From NCBI GenBank assembly GCA_964016885.1, contig OZ024744.1, positions 15,190,001 to 15,254,000 on the forward strand: DNA of 64,000 nt, read 5' to 3'. Shown here piece after piece: positions 38,501 through 58,900 of the stretch. The notes below the pieces were generated by a model. That model did no database searches. It saw only the letters and a program-made list of their open reading frames with translations, and was not told where the DNA came from. How positions within the stretch are numbered: position 1 is the stretch's first letter; every line of letters begins with the position of its first letter. A program made the translations under genes and the position numbers. Source of the DNA: Eledone cirrhosa. Lineage: Eukaryota.

Positions 38501-41500
38501 CACTCTCTATCACACACACATATACACTCTCTCTCAGACACACATATGCAGTCTCTCACACACACATATACACTCTCTCACACACACACATATACACTTT
38601 TCACACACATATACACTCTCTCACATACACATATACCCTCTCTCACACATACACATATACACTCTCACACACACATATACTCTCTCACACACACATATAC
38701 ACTCTCCCACAGACACATATACACTCTCTATCTCACACACATATACACTCTCTCACACACACACATACACTCTCTCACACACACACACATACACTCTCAC
38801 ACACACATATACACTCTCACACACACACATATACACTCCCTCACACACACACATATACTCTCTCACACACACACATATACACTCTCTCACACACATATAC
38901 ACTCTCACACACACACATATACACTCTCACACACATACACATACACACTCACTCTCACACACACATATACACTCTCTCACACACACATACACTCTCTAAC
39001 ACACACATATACACTCTCACACACACACATACACTCTCTAACACACACACATATACACTCTCTCACACACACATACACTCTCTAACACACACACATATAC
39101 ACTCTCTCACACACACATATACACTCACTCACACACACATATACACTCTCTCACACACACATATACACTCTCACACACACACATACACTCTCACACACAC
39201 ACATATACACTCTCTCACACACACATACACACTCTCACACACACATATACACTCTCTCACACACACATATACACTCTCTCTCACACACATATACACTCTC
39301 TCACACACACACATATACACTCTCACACACACACATATACACTCTCTCACACATACACACATACACTCTCACACACACATATATACACTCTCTCACACAC
39401 ATATACACTCTCTCACACACACATATACAACCTCTCTCACACACATATACACTCTCTCACACACACATATACACTCTCACATACTCACATATACACCCTC
39501 TCACGCACACACATATACACTCTCTCGCACACACATATACACTCTCTCCCACACACATATACAACCTCACACACACATATACACTCTCTCACACACACAT
39601 ATATACACACATATACACTCTCACACATATACACTCTCACACACACATATACACACTCTCAGAGACACACATATACACTCTCTCACAGACATATACACTC
39701 TCTCACACACACACACACTCTCTCAGAGACACACATATACACTCTCACACATATACACTCTCACACACACATATACACACTCTCAGAGACACACATATAC
39801 ACTCTCTCACAGACATATACACTCTCTCACACACACACACACTCTCTCACACACATATATACACTCTCTCTCACACATACATATAGACTCTCACACACAC
39901 ATATATACACTCGCTCTCTCACACATGCACTCTCTCTATCACACACACAGATACACTCTCACAGACACACATATACACTCTCTCACACACACATAACTCT
40001 CTCACACACACATATACACTCTCACACACACACATATACACTCTCACACACATACATATACACTCTCACACACAAACATATACACTCTCACACACACTCA
40101 CACATACACTCTCTCACACACATATACACTCGCTCACACACACACATATACACTCTCTCACACACACATATACACTCTCTCACACACACATATACACTCT
40201 CACATACACTCACACATACACCCTCTCACACACATATACACTCGCTCACACACACACATATACACTCTCACACACACATATACAGTCTCTCACACACACA
40301 TATACACTCTCTCTCACACACATATACACTCTCTCACACACACATATACACTCTCACACACACACATATACACTCTCACACACACACATATACACTCTCT
40401 CACACACATATATATACACTCTCACACAAACACATATACACTCTCTAAAACACACATAACACTCTCACACACATACACTCTCTCCCACACACACATATAC
40501 ACTCTCACACACACACATATACACTCTCTCAGAGACACACATATACACTCTCTCACCCACACATATACACTCTCTCACACACACATATACACTCTCTCTC
40601 TCACACATGCACTCTCTCTATCACACACACAGATACACTCTCTCACACACACACACACACACATATACACTCTCACACATACACATATACACTCTCACAC
40701 ACACACATATACACTCTCTCATACACACATACACTCTCTAACACACACACATATACACTCTCACACATACGCATATACACTCTCTCTCTCACGCACATAT
40801 ACACTCTCTCACACATATATACAATTCTCACGTACACACATATACACTCTCTCACACACACACTCTCTCAGAGACACACATATACACTCTCTCACACACA
40901 CATATACACTCTCTCACCCACACATATACACTCTCTCACACACACATATACACTCTCTCTCTCACACATGCACTCTCTCTATCACACACACAGATACACT
41001 CTCTCACACACACACACACACACATATACACTCTCACACATACACATATACACTCTCACACACACACATATACACTCTCTCATACACACATACACTCTCT
41101 AACACACACACATATACACTCTCACACATACGCATATACACTCTCTCTCTCACGCACATATACACTCTCTCACACATATATACAATTCTCACGCACACAC
41201 ATATACACTCTCTCACACACACACTCTCTCAGAGACACACATATACACTCTCTCACACACACATATACACTCTCTCACCCACACATATACACTCTCTCTC
41301 ACACATGCACTCTCTCTATCACACACACATATACACTCTCAGACACACATATACACTCTCTCACACACACACATATACACTCTCTCACACACACACATAT
41401 ACTCTCTCACACACATACATATACACTCTCTCACACACACACACATACACTCTCTCACACACACACATATACACTCTCTCACACACACATATACACTCTC

Positions 41501-43949
41501 TCTCTCACACATGCACTCTCTCTATCACACACACATATCCACTCTCACACACACATATACACTCTCTCTCTCACACACATATACACTCTCTCACACACAC
41601 ACATATACACTCTCACACACACATATACACTCTCTCACACCCATATACATTCTCACACACACACATATACACTCTCTCACACACACACATACACTCTCTC
41701 AGAGACAGATATACACTCTCTCACACACACATATACACTCTCTCACACACACATATACTCTCTCACACACACATATACTCTCTCTCTCTCACACATGCAC
41801 TCTCTCTATCACACACACATATACACTCTCCCTCTCACACACATATACACTCTCTCACACACACATATACACTCTCCCTCTCACACACATATACACTCTC
41901 TCACACACACATATACACTCTCTCACACACACATATACACTCTCTCACACACACACATATACACGCACACACACACACACACATACTCTCTCTCACACAC
42001 ATATACCCTCTCTCACACACACACATATACACTCTCTCACACACACATATACACTCTCTCATACACATATATACACTCTCTCACACACACATATACACTC
42101 TCACACACACACATATACACACTCTCTCTCACACACATATACACTCTCTCACACACACACATATACACTCACACACAAACATATACACTCTCTCCCACAC
42201 ACATATACACTCTCTCACACACACATACACTCTCTAACACACACACACATATACACTCTCACATACACACATATACACTCTCTCACACACACACATATAC
42301 ACTCCCTCACACACACACATACACTCTCTCACACGCACACATATACACTCTCTCACACACACATATGCACTCTCACACACATATATACGATCTCTCTCAC
42401 ACACATATACACTCTCTCACACACACATATATACACTCTCTCACACACACATATGCACTCTCACACACACACATATACACTCTCTCTCTCACTCACATAT
42501 ACACTCTCTCACACACACAAATACACTCTCTCACACACATATACATTCTCTCACACACACATATACACTCTGACACACATATATACATTCTCTCACACAT
42601 ATATACACTCTCTCACACACACACATATACACTGTCACACACACATATACACTCTCTCACACACATATACACTCTCTCACACACACACATATATACACTC
42701 TCTCACACACACATATGCACTCTCACACACACACATATACACTCTCTCTCACACACATATACACTCTTTCACACACAAAAATATACTCTCTCACACACAC
42801 ATATACACTCTCTCACACACACATATACACTCTCTCACACACACATACACTCTCTCGCACACACACATGTACAATCTCTCTCTCACACACATAAATACTC
42901 TCTCACACACACATACACTCTCTCACACACACATATACACTCTCTCACACACACATATACACTCTCTCACACACACACATACACTCTCTCACACACAAAC
43001 ATATACACTCTCTCACACACACACATACACTCTCTCACACACACACATATACACTCTCTCACACACACATATACACTCTCTCTCACACACACATATACAC
43101 TCTCACACACAGATATACACTCTCTCACACATACATATACACTCTCTCACACACACATATACACTCTCTCACACACACACATATACACTCTCTCTCACAC
43201 ACACACATACACTCTCTCACACACACACATATACACTCTCTCACACACACACATACACTCTCTCACACACACACATATACACTCTCACACACACATATAC
43301 ACTCTCTCACACACACATATACACTCTCTCTCACACACACATATACAGTCTCTCACACACACACATATACACTCTCTCACACACACATATACACTGTCTC
43401 TCACACACACATATATACTCTCACATACACACATATACACTCTCTCTCACACACATATACAACCTCTCACACACATATACACTCTCTCACACACACATAT
43501 ATACACTCTCACATACACACATATACACTCTCACACACACATATACACACTCTCAGAGACACACATATACACTCTCTCACAGACATATACACTCTCTGAC
43601 ACACACACACACTCTCTCAGAGGCACACATATACACTTTCTCACACACATATATACACTCTCTCTCACACATACATATACACTCTCACACACACACATAT
43701 ACACTCTCTCTCTCACACATGCACTCTCTCTATCACACACACAGATACACTCTCACAGACACACATATACACTCTCTCACACACACATAACTCTCTCACA
43801 CACACATATACACTCTCACACACACACATATACACTCTCACACACATACATATACACTCTCACACACAAACATATACACTCTCACACACACATATACACT
43901 CTCTCACACACATATATACACTCTCTCACACACACACATATACACTCTC

Positions 43950-46900
43950 ACACACACTCACACATACACTCTCTCACACACATATACACTCGCTCACACA
44001 CACACATATACACTCTCTCACACACACATATACACTCTCTCACACACACATATACACTCACGCACACACGTATACACTCTCACACACACACATATACACT
44101 CTCTCTCTCACACACATATACACTCTCTCACACACACATATACACTCTCACACACACATATACACTCTCTCACACACACATATACACTCTCTCTCACACA
44201 CATATACACTCTCTCACACACACACATATACACTCTCACTCACACACATATACACTCTCACACACACACATTTACACTCTCTCACACACATATATATACA
44301 CTCTCACACAAACACATATACACTCTCTCACACACACATACACTCTCACACACATACACTCTCTCCCACACACACATATACACTCTCACACACACACACA
44401 TATACACTCTCTCACACACACACATATACACTCCCTCACACACACACATACACTCTCTCACACGCACACATATACACTCTCTCACACACACATATGCACT
44501 CTCACACACATATATACGATCTCTCTCACACACATATACACTCTCTCACACACACATATATACACTCTCTCACACACACATATGCACTCTCACACACACA
44601 CACATATACACTCTCTCTCTCACACACATATACACTCTCTCACACACACAAATACACTCTCTCACACACATATACATTCTCTCACACACACATATACACT
44701 CTGACACACATATATACATTCTCTCACACATATATACACTCTCTCACACACACACATATACACTGTCACACACACATATACACTCTCTCACACACATATA
44801 CACTCTCTCACACACACACATATATACACTCTCTCACACACACATATGCACTCTCACACACACACATATACACTCTCTCTCACACACATATACACTCTTT
44901 CACACACAAAAATACACTCTCTCACACACACATATACACTCTCTCACACACACATATACACTCTCTCACACACACATACACTCTCTCGCACACACACATA
45001 TACAATCTCTCTCTCACACACATATATACTCTCTCACACACACATACACTCTCTCACACACACACATATACACTCTCTCACACACACATATACACTCTCT
45101 CACACACACACATACACTCTCTCACACACAAACATATACACTCTCTCACACACACACATACACTCTCTCACACACACACATATACACTCTCTCACACACA
45201 CACATATACACTCTCTCACACACACATATACACTCTCTCTCACACACACATATACACTCTCACACACACAGATATACACTCTCTCACACATACATATACA
45301 CTCTCTCACACACACATATACACTCTCTCACACACACACATATACACTCTCTCACACACACACATACACTCTCTCACACACACACATATACACTCTCTCA
45401 CACACACACATACACTCTCTCACACACACACATATACACTCTCACACACACATATACACTCTCTCACACACACATATACACTCTCTCTCACACACACATA
45501 TACAGTCTCTCACACACACACATATACACTCTCTCACACACACATATACACTGTCTCTCACACACACATATATACTCTCACATACACACATATACACTCT
45601 CTCTCACACACATATACAACCTCTCACACACATATACACTCTCTCACACACACATATATACACTCTCACATACACACATATACACTCTCACACACACATA
45701 TACACACTCTCAGAGACACACATATACACGCTCTCACAGACATATACACTCTCTCACACACACACACTCTCTCTCAGAGGCACACATATACACTCTCTCA
45801 CACACATATATACACTCTCTCTAACACATACATATACACTCTCACACACACACATATACACTCTCTCTCTCACACATGCACTCTCTCTATCACACACACA
45901 GATACACTCTCACAAACACACATATACACTCTCTCACACACACATAACTCTCTCACACACACATATACACTCTCACACACACACATATACACTCTCACAC
46001 ACATACATATACACTCTCACACACAAACATATACACTCTCACACACACATATACACTCTCTCACACACATATATACACTCTCTCACACACACACATATAC
46101 ACTCTCACACACACTCACACATACACTCTCTCACACACATATACACTCGCTCACACACACACATATACACTCTCTCACACACACATATACACTCTCTCAC
46201 ACACACATATACACACTCACGCACACACATATACACTCTCACACACACACATATACACTCTCTCTCTCACACACATATACACTCTCTCTCACACACATAT
46301 ACACTCTCTCACACACACACATATACACTCTCACACACACACATATACACTCTCACACACACACATTTACACTCTCTCACACACATATATATACACTCTC
46401 ACACAAACACATATACACTCTCTCACACACACATACACACTCTCACACACATACACTCTCTCCCACACACACATATACACTCTCACACACACACACATAT
46501 ACACTCTCTCAGAGACACACATATACACTCTCTCACACACACATACACACTCTCTCACACACACATATACACTCTCTCTCTCACACATGCACTCTCTCTA
46601 TCACACACAGATACACTCTCTCACACACACATATACACTCTCACACACACACACATATACACTCTCACACATACACATATACACTCTCACACACACACAT
46701 ATACACTCTCTCATACACACACATATACACTCTCTCCAACATATATACAATTCTCACGCCCACAAATATACACTCTCTCACACACACACACTCTCTCAGA
46801 GGCACACATATACACTCTCTCACACACACATATACACTCTCTCACCCACACATATACACTCTCTCACACACATATACACTCTCTCTCACACATGCACTCT

Positions 46901-49900
46901 CTCTATCACACACACATATACACTCTCACAGACACACATATACACTCTCTCTCTCACGCACATATACACTCTCTCACACACACATATACACTCTCTCTCA
47001 CACACACATATACACTCTCTCACACACACATACACTCTCTCGCACACACACATATACAATCTCTCTCTCACACACATATATACTCTCTCACACACACATA
47101 CACTCTCTCACACACACACATATACACTCTCTCACACACACATATACACTCTCTCACACACACACATACACTCTCTCACACACAAACATATACACTCTCT
47201 CACACACACACATACACTCTCTCACACACACACATATACACTCTCTCACACACACACATATACACACTCTCACACACACATATACACTCTCTCTCACACA
47301 CACATATACACTCTCACACACACATATACACTCTCTCACACACACATATACATTCTCTCTCACACACATATACACTCTCTCACACACACACATATACACT
47401 CTCACACACACACATATACACTCTCACACACACACATATACACTCTCTCACACAAACATATATACACTCTCACACACACACATATACACTCTCTCACACA
47501 CACATACACTCTCTCACACACATACACTCTCTCACACACACACACATACACTCTCACACACACACATATACACTCTCTCAGAGACACCCATATACACTCT
47601 CTCACACACACATATACACTCTCTCACAGACACACATACACTCTCTCAGAGACACACATATACACTCTCTCACACACACATATACACTCTCTCACACACA
47701 CATATACACTCTCTCTCTCACACATGCACTCTCTCTCTAACACACACATATACACTCTCACACACACGCATATACACTCTCTCTCTCACACACATATACA
47801 CTCTCTCACACATATATACTCTCACGCACACACATATACACTCTCTCACACACACACACTCTCTCAGAGACACACATATACACTCTCTCACACACACATA
47901 TACACTCTCTCACCCACACATATACACTCTCTCACACACACATATACACTCTCTCTACACACACATATACACTCTCTCGCACACACATATACACTCTCTC
48001 ACACACACATACTCTCTCACACACACACATATACACTCTCTCACACACACATATACACTCTCTCACACACACACATATACACTCTCTCACACATACATAT
48101 ACACTCTCTCACACACACATTTACACTCTCTCTCTCACACATGCACTCTCTCTATCACTCACACATATACACTCTCACAGACACACATATACACTCTCTC
48201 TCTCACACACATATACACTCTCTCACACACCCATATACACTCTCGCACACACACATATACACTCTCACACACACATATAAACTCTCACACACACACATAT
48301 ACACTCTCTCTCACACACATATACACTCTCTCACACAGACACATATACACTCTCACACACAGACATATACACTCTCTCTCTCACACACATATACACTCTC
48401 ACACACACACATATACACAATCACACACACATATACACTCTCTCACACACACATATACACTCTCTCTCACACACACATATACAGTCTCTCACACACACAC
48501 ATATACACTCTCTCACACACACATATACACTGTCTCTCACACACACATATATACTCTCACATACACACATATACACTCACTCTCACACACATATACAACC
48601 TCTCACACACATATACACTCTCTCACACACACATATATACACTCTCACATACACACATATACACTCTCACACACACATATACACACTCTCAGAGACACAT
48701 ATATACACTCTCTCACAGACATATACACTCTCTCACACACACACACACTCTCTCAGAGGCACACATATACACTCTCTCACACACATATATACACTCTCTC
48801 TCACACATACACATACACTCTCACACACACACATATACACTCTCTCTCTCACACATGCACTCTCTCTATCACACACACAGATACACTCTCACAGACACAC
48901 ATATACACTCTCTCACACACACATAACTCTCTCACACACACATATACACTCTCACACACACACATATACACTCTCACACACATACATATACACTCTCACA
49001 CACAAACATATACACTCTCACACACACATATACACTCTCTCACACACATGTATACACTCTCTCACGCACACACATATACATTCTCACACACACTCACACA
49101 TACACTCTCTCACACACATATACACTCGCTCACACACACACATATACACTCTCTCACACACACAGATACACTCTCTCACACACACATATACACACTCACG
49201 CACACACATATACACTCTCACACACACACATATACACTCTCTCTCTCACACACATATACACTCTCTCACACACACATATACACTCTCACACACACATATA
49301 CACTCTCTCACACACACATATACACTCTCTCTCACACACATATACACTCTCTCACACACACACATATACACTCTCACACACACACATATACACTCTCACA
49401 CACACACATTTACACTCTCTCACACACATATATATACACTCTCACACAAACACATATACACTCTCTCACACACACATACACACTCTCACACACATACACT
49501 CTCTCCCACACACACATATACACTCTCTCACACACACACATATACACTCTCTCAGAGACACACATATACACTCTCTCACACACACATACACACTCTCTCA
49601 CACACACATATACACTCTCTCTCTCACACATGCACTCTCTCTATCACACACACAGATACACTCTCTCACACACACATATACACTCTCACACACACACACA
49701 TATACACTCTCACACATACACATATACACTCTCACACACACACATATACACTCTCTCCAACATATATACAATTCTCACGCCCACACATATACACTTTCTC
49801 ACACACACATATACACTCTCTCTCTCACACATGCACTCTCTCTATCACACACACAGATACACTCTCTCACACACACATATACACTCTCACACACACACAA

Positions 49901-52900
49901 ACATAACTCTCTCACACACACATATACACTCTCACACACACACATATACACTCTCACACACATACATATACACTCTCACACACAAACATATACACTCTCA
50001 CACACACATATACACTCTCTCACCCACACATATACACTCTCTCACACACATATACACTCTCTCTCACACATGCACTCTCTCTATCACACACACATATACA
50101 CTCTCACAGACACACATATACACTCTCTCTCTCACGCACATATACACTCTCTCACACACACATATACACTCTCTCTCACACACACATATACACTCTCTCA
50201 CACACACATACACTCTCTCACACACACACATATACACTCTCTCACACACATATACACTCTCTCACACACACACATACACTCTCTCACACACAAACATATA
50301 CACTCTCTCACACACACACATACACTCTCTCACACACACACATATACACTCTCTCACACACACACATATACACTCTCTCACACACACATATACACTCTCT
50401 CTAACACACACATATACACTCTCACACACACAGATATACACTCTCTCACACATACATATACACACTCACACACACATATACACACTCTCACACACACATA
50501 TACACACTCACACACACATATACACTCTCTCACACACACGTATACATTCTCTCTCACACACATATACACTCTCTCACACACACACATATACACTCTCACA
50601 CACACACATATACACTCTCACACACACACATATACACTCTCTCACACACACATATATACACTCTCACACACACACATATACACTCTCTCAGAGACACCCA
50701 TATACACTCTCTCACACACACATATACACTCTCTCACAGACACACATACACTCTCTCAGAGACACACATATACACTCTCTCACACACACATATACACTCT
50801 CTCACACACACATATACACTCTCTCTCTCTCACACATGCACTCTCTCTCTAACACACACATATACACTCTCACACACACGCATATACACTCTCTCTCACA
50901 CACATATACACTCTCTCACACATATATACTCTCACGCACACACATATACACTCTCTCACACACACACACTCTCTCAGAGACACACATATACACTCTCACA
51001 CACACACATATACACTCTCTCACCCACACATATACACTCTCTCACACACACATATACACTCTCTCTACACACACATATACACTCTCTCGCACACACATAT
51101 ACACTCTCTCACACACACATACTCTCTCACACACACACATATACACTCTCTCACACACACATATACACTCTCTCTCTCACACATGCACTCTCTCTATCAC
51201 TCACACATATACACTCTCACAGACACACATATACACTCTCTCTCTCACACACATATACACTCTCTCACACACCCATATACACTCTCGCACACACACATAT
51301 ACACTCTCACACACACATATACACTCTCACACACACACATATACACTCTCTCTCACACACATATACACTCTCTCACACAGACACATATACACTCTCACAC
51401 ACAGACATATACACTCTCTCTCTCACACACATATACACTCTCTCACACACACATATACACTCTCTCGCACACACATATACACTCACACACACACACACAC
51501 ATACTCTCTCTCACACACACACATATACACTCTCTCACACACACATATACACTCCCTCACACACAGATATACACTCTCTCACACACACATATACACTCAC
51601 ACACACACACTCTCACACACACACATATACACACTCTCTCTCACACACATATACACTCTCTCACACACACACATACACTCACTCACACACACACATATAC
51701 TCTCTCACACACACACATATACACTCTCTCACACACACATAACTCTCTCACACACACACATATACACTCTCACACACATACATATACACTCTCACACACA
51801 CACATATACACTCTCACACACACATACACTCTCTCACACATATAAACACTCTCTCACACACACACATATACACTCTCACACACACACACACATACACTCT
51901 CTCACACACATATACACTCGCTCACACACACACATATACACTCTCTCACACACACATATACACACACACATATACACTCTCTCACACACACATATACACT
52001 CTCACACACACATATACACTCTCTCACACACACATATACACTCTCTCTCACACACATATACACTCTCTCACACACACACATATACACTCTCACACACACA
52101 CATATACACTCTCACACACACACATATATACTCTCTCACACACACATATATACACTCTCACACACACACATATACACTCTCTCACACACACATATACACT
52201 CTCTCACACACACATATACACTCACGCACACACGTATACACTCTCACACACACACATATACACTCTCTCTCTCACACACATATACACTCTCTCACACACA
52301 CATATACACTCTCACACACACATATACACTCTCTCACACACACATATACACTCTCTCTCACACACATATACACTCTCTCACACACACACATATACACTCT
52401 CACTCACACACATATACACTCTCACACACACACATTTACACTCTCTCACACATATATATATACACTCTCACACAAACACATATACACTCTCTCACACACA
52501 CATACACTCTCACACACATACACTCTCTCCCACACACACATATACACTCTCACACACACACACATATACACTCTCTCACACACACACATATACACTCCCT
52601 CACACACACACATACACTCTCTCACACGCACACATATACACTCTCTCACACACACATATGCACTCTCACACACATATATACGATCTCTCTCACACACATA
52701 TACACTCTCTCACACACACATATATACACTCTCTCACACACACATATGCACTCTCACACACACACACACATATACACTCTCTCTCTCACACATATACACT
52801 CTCTCACACACACAAATACACTCTCTCACACACATATACATTCTCTCACACACACATATACACTCTGACACACATATATACATTCTCTCACACATATATA

Positions 52901-55900
52901 CACTCTCTCACACACACACATATACACTGTCACACACACATATACACTCTCTCACACACATATACACTCTCTCACACACACACATATATACACTCTCTCA
53001 CACACACATATGCACTCTCACACACACACATATACACTCTCTCTCACACACATATACACTCTTTCACACACAAAAATACACTCTCTCACACACACATATA
53101 CACTCTCTCACACACACATATACACTCTCTCACACACACATACACTCTCTCGCACACACACATATACAATCTCTCTCTCACACACATATATACTCTCTCA
53201 CACACACATACACTCTCTCACACACACACATATACACTCTCTCACACACACATATACACTCTCTCACACACACACATACACTCTCTCACACACAAACATA
53301 TACACTCTCTCACACACACACATACACTCTCTCACACACACATATACACTCTCTCACACACACACATATACACTCTCTCACACACACATATACACTCTCT
53401 CTCACACACACATATACACTCTCACACACACAGATATACACTCTCTCACACATACATATACACTCTCTCACACACACATATACACTCTCTCACACACACA
53501 CATATACACTCTCTCACACACACACATACACTCTCTCACACACACACATATACACTCTCTCACACACACACATACACTCTCTCACACACACACATATACA
53601 CTCTCACACACACATATACACTCTCTCACACACACATATACACTCTCTCTCACACACACATATACAGTCTCTCACACACACACATATACACTCTCTCACA
53701 CACACATATACACTGTCTCTCACACACACATATATACTCTCACATACACACATATACACTCTCTCTCACACACATATACAACCTCTCACACACATATACA
53801 CTCTCTCACACACACATATATACACTCTCACATACACACATATACACTCTCACACACACATATACACACTCTCAGAGACACACATATACACGCTCTCACA
53901 GACATATACACTCTCTCACACACACACACTCTCTCTCAGAGGCACACATATACACTCTCTCACACACATATATACACTCTCTCTAACACATACATATACA
54001 CTCTCACACACACACATATACACTCTCTCTCTCACACATGCACTCTCTCTATCACACACACAGATACACTCTCACAAACACACATATACACTCTCTCACA
54101 CACACATAACTCTCTCACACACACATATACACTCTCACACACACACATATACACTCTCACACACATACATATACACTCTCACACACAAACATATACACTC
54201 TCACACACACATATACACTCTCTCACACACATATATACACTCTCTCACACACACACATATACACTCTCACACACACTCACACATACACTCTCTCACACAC
54301 ATATACACTCGCTCACACACACACATATACACTCTCTCACACACACATATACACTCTCTCACACACACATATACACACTCACGCACACACATATACACTC
54401 TCACACACACACATATACACTCTCTCTCTCACACACATATACACTCTCTCTCACACACATATACACTCTCTCACACACACACATATACACTCTCACACAC
54501 ACACATATACACTCTCACACACACACATTTACACTCTCTCACACACATATATATACACTCTCACACAAACACATATACACTCTCTCACACACACATACAC
54601 ACTCTCACACACATACACTCTCTCCCACACACACATATACACTCTCACACACACACACATATACACTCTCTCAGAGACACACATATACACTCTCTCACAC
54701 ACACATACACACTCTCTCACACACACATATACACTCTCTCTCTCACACATGCACTCTCTCTATCACACACAGATACACTCTCTCACACACACATATACAC
54801 TCTCACACACACACACATATACACTCTCACACATACACATATACACTCTCACACACACACATATACACTCTCTCATACACACACATATACACTCTCTCCA
54901 ACATATATACAATTCTCACGCCCACACATATACACTCTCTCACACACACACACTCTCTCAGAGGCACACATATACACTCTCTCACACACACATATACACT
55001 CTCTCACCCACACATATACACTCTCTCACACACATATACACTCTCTCTCACACATGCACTCTCTCTATCACACACACATATACACTCTCACAGACACACA
55101 TATACACTCTCTCTCTCACGCACATATACACTCTCACACACACACATATACACTCACACACACACACATATACACTCTCTCACACAAACATATATACACT
55201 CTCACACACACACACATATACACTCTCTCACACACACATACACTCTCTCACACACATACACTCTCTCACACACACACACATACACTCTCACACACACACA
55301 TATACACTCTCTCAGAGACACCCATATACACTCTCTCACACACACATATACACTCTCTCACAGACACACATACACTCTCTCAGAGACACACATATACACT
55401 CGCTCACACACACATATACACTCTCTCACACACACATATACACTCTCTCTCTCACACATGCACTCTCTCTCTAACACACACATATACACTCTCACACACA
55501 CGCATATACACTCTCTCTCTCACACACATATACACTCTCTCACACATATATACTCTCACGCACACACATATACACTCTCTCACACACACACACTCTCTCA
55601 GAGACACACATATACACTCTCTCACACACACATATACACTCTCTCACCCACACATATACACTCTCTCACACACACATATACACTCTCTCTACACACACAT
55701 ATACACTCTCTCGCACACACATATACACTCTCTCACACACACATACTCTCTCACACACACACATATACACTCTCTCACACACACATATACACTCTCTCAC
55801 ACACACACATATACACTCTCTCACACATACATATACACTCTCTCACACACACATTTACACTCTCTCTCTCACACATGCACTCTCTCTATCACTCACACAT

Positions 55901-58900
55901 ATACACTCTCACAGACACACATATACACTCTCTCTCTCACACACATATACACTCTCTCACACACCCATATACACTCTCGCACACACACATATACACTCTC
56001 ACACACACATATAAACTCTCACACACACACATATACACTCTCTCTCACACACATATACACTCTCTCACACAGACACATATACACTCTCACACACAGACAT
56101 ATACACTCTCTCTCTCACACACATATACACTCTCACACACACACATATACACAATCACACACACATATACACTCTCTCACACACACATATACACTCTCTC
56201 TCACACACACATATACAGTCTCTCACACACACACATATACACTCTCTCACACACACATATACACTGTCTCTCACACACACATATATACTCTCACATACAC
56301 ACATATACACTCACTCTCACACACATATACAACCTCTCACACACATATACACTCTCTCACACACACATATATACACTCTCACATACACACATATACACTC
56401 TCACACACACATATACACACTCTCAGAGACACACATATACACTCTCTCACAGACATATACACTCTCTCACACACACACACACTCTCTCAGAGGCACACAT
56501 ATACACTCTCTCACACACATATATACACTCTCTCTCACACATACACATACACTCTCACACACACACATATACACTCTCTCTCTCACACATGCACTCTCTC
56601 TATCACACACACAGATACACTCTCACAGACACACATATACACTCTCTCACACACACATAACTCTCTCACACACACATATACACTCTCACACACACACATA
56701 TACACTCTCACACACATACATATACACTCTCACACACAAACATATACACTCTCACACACACATATACACTCTCTCACACACATGTATACACTCTCTCACG
56801 CACACACATATACATTCTCACACACACTCACACATACACTCTCTCACACACATATACACTCGCTCACACACACACATATACACTCTCTCACACACACATA
56901 TACACTCTCTCACACACACATATACACACTCACGCACACACATATACACTCTCACACACACACATATACACTCTCTCTCTCACACACATATACACTCTCT
57001 CACACACACATATACACTCTCACACACACATATACACTCTCTCACACACACATATACACTCTCTCTCACACACATATACACTCTCTCACACACACACATA
57101 TACACTCTCACACACACACATATACACTCTCACACACACACATTTACACTCTCTCACACACATATATATACACTCTCACACAAACACATATACACTCTCT
57201 CACACACACATACACACTCTCACACACATACACTCTCTCCCACACACACATATACACTCTCTCACACACACACATATACACTCTCTCAGAGACACACATA
57301 TACACTCTCTCACACACACATACACACTCTCTCACACACACATATACACTCTCTCTCTCACACATGCACTCTCTCTATCACACACACAGATACACTCTCT
57401 CACACACACATATACACTCTCACACACACACACATATACACTCTCACACATACACATATACACTCTCACACACACACATATACACTCTCTCCAACATATA
57501 TACAATTCTCACGCCCACACATATACACTTTCTCACACACACATATACACTCTCTCTCTCACACATGCACTCTCTCTATCACACACACAGATACACTCTC
57601 TCACACACACATATACACTCTCACACACACACAAACATAACTCTCTCACACACACATATACACTCTCACACACACACATATACACTCTCACACACATACA
57701 TATACACTCTCACACACAAACATATACACTCTCACACACACATATACACTCTCTCACCCACACATATACACTCTCTCACACACATATACACTCTCTCTCA
57801 CACATGCACTCTCTCTATCACACACACATATACACTCTCACAGACACACATATACACTCTCTCTCTCACGCACATATACACTCTCTCACACACACATATA
57901 CACTCTCTCTCACACACACATATACACTCTCTCACACACACATACACTCTCTCACACACACACATATACACTCTCTCACACATATACACTCTCTCACACA
58001 CACACATACACTCTCTCACACACAAACATATACACTCTCTCACACACACACATACACTCTCTCACACACACACATATACACTCTCTCACACACACACATA
58101 TACACTCTCTCACACACACATATACACTCTCTCTCACACACACATATACACTCTCACACACACAGATATACACTCTCTCACACATACATATACACACTCA
58201 CACACACATATACACACTCTCACACACACATATACACACTCACACACACATATACACTCTCTCACACACACATATACATTCTCTCTCACACACATATACA
58301 CTCTCTCACACACACATATACACTCTCACACACACACATATACACTCTCACACACACACATATACACTCTCTCACACACACATATATACACTCTCACACA
58401 CACACATATACACTCTCTCAGAGACACCCATATACACTCTCTCACACACACATATACACTCTCTCACAGACACACATACACTCTCTCAGAGACACACATA
58501 TACACTCTCTCACACACACATATACACTCTCTCACACACATATACACTCTCTCTCTCTCACACATGCACTCTCTCTCTAACACACACATATACACTCTCA
58601 CACACACGCATATACACTCTCTCTCACACACATATACACTCTCTCACACATATATACTCTCACGCACACACATATACACTCTCTCACACACACACACTCT
58701 CTCAGAGACACACATATACACTCTCACACACACACATATACACTCTCTCACCCACACATATACACTCTCTCACACACACATATACACTCTCTCTACACAC
58801 ACATATACACTCTCTCGCACACACATATACACTCTCTCACACACACATACTCTCTCACACACACACATATACACTCTCTCACACACACATATACACTCTC

